Below, one piece after another: positions 63,835-64,000 of a DNA stretch of 64,000 nt. The stretch's first letter is position 1, and each line of letters opens with the position of its first letter. The notes under the pieces were generated by a model. It saw only the letters and a program-made list of their open reading frames with translations. It did not search any database and had not been told where the DNA came from. Both the position numbers and the translations under genes were made by a program. Source of the stretch: Escherichia phage MLF4; sequence record NC_055780.1, one strand, 5' to 3'.

Positions 63835-64000
63835 TGATTACCGTAAATGAAAAAGAACACATTCTTGAACAGAAATATCGTCCATCTACTATCGATGAAT
63901 GTATTCTTCCCGCCTTTGATAAAGAAACCTTTAAATCTATTACAAGTAAAGGTAAGATTCCACATATTATTCTTCATTCTCCTTCTCCAGGAACAGGTAA
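63835..64000 (+). CDS. 44: clamp loader subunit gp44, N-terminal fragment (runs off window end)
   Basis: MITVNEKEHILEQKYRPSTIDECILPAFDKETFKSITSKGKIPHIILHSPSPGTG (AAA+ clamp-loader N-terminus). Confidence 0.85.

Overview
This window is a reverse-complemented ~64 kb segment of a T4-like (T-even, Tequatrovirus-type) myovirus genome; it is close to T4 but not identical (lysozyme e differs at a few residues from the T4 sequence as recalled). Minus strand, 1-18317: the late neck/baseplate cluster 16(partial)-15-14-13-wac-12-11-10-9-8-7-6-5.4-5.1-5-53. Plus strand, 18365-64000: 4-2-3-1-57A-57B, a hyperplastic internal-protein/tRNA region, nudE-e-denV, the regB/vs region, tk, rI, a long block of uncharacterised ORFs, nrdC, 49, nrdD (intronless), nrdG, 55, agt, 47, 46, rpbA, 45 and 44(partial). 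I found ten tRNA genes (Leu, Gly, Pro, Ser, Thr, Ile/CAT, Tyr, Asn, His, Arg), a GC-rich structured noncoding stretch after them, many T4-type early, middle (MotA-box) and late (TATAAATA) promoters, and several intrinsic terminators. The most unusual content relative to what I recall of T4: three proteins carrying the MKTYxEF capsid-targeting leader, two of them in cassettes bracketed by direct repeats of regulatory elements; an HNH endonuclease abutting the tRNA cluster; an expanded tRNA set; a macro-domain-like protein; and a nucleotidyltransferase-fold protein next to an AAA+ ATPase. All identifications rest on reading the translations and recalled family motifs; no database search or folding was run, and I cannot tell which uncharacterised ORFs have T4 orthologs. 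Coordinates include stop codons; several starts were trimmed from the ORF track where an internal ATG with a Shine-Dalgarno was clearly better.
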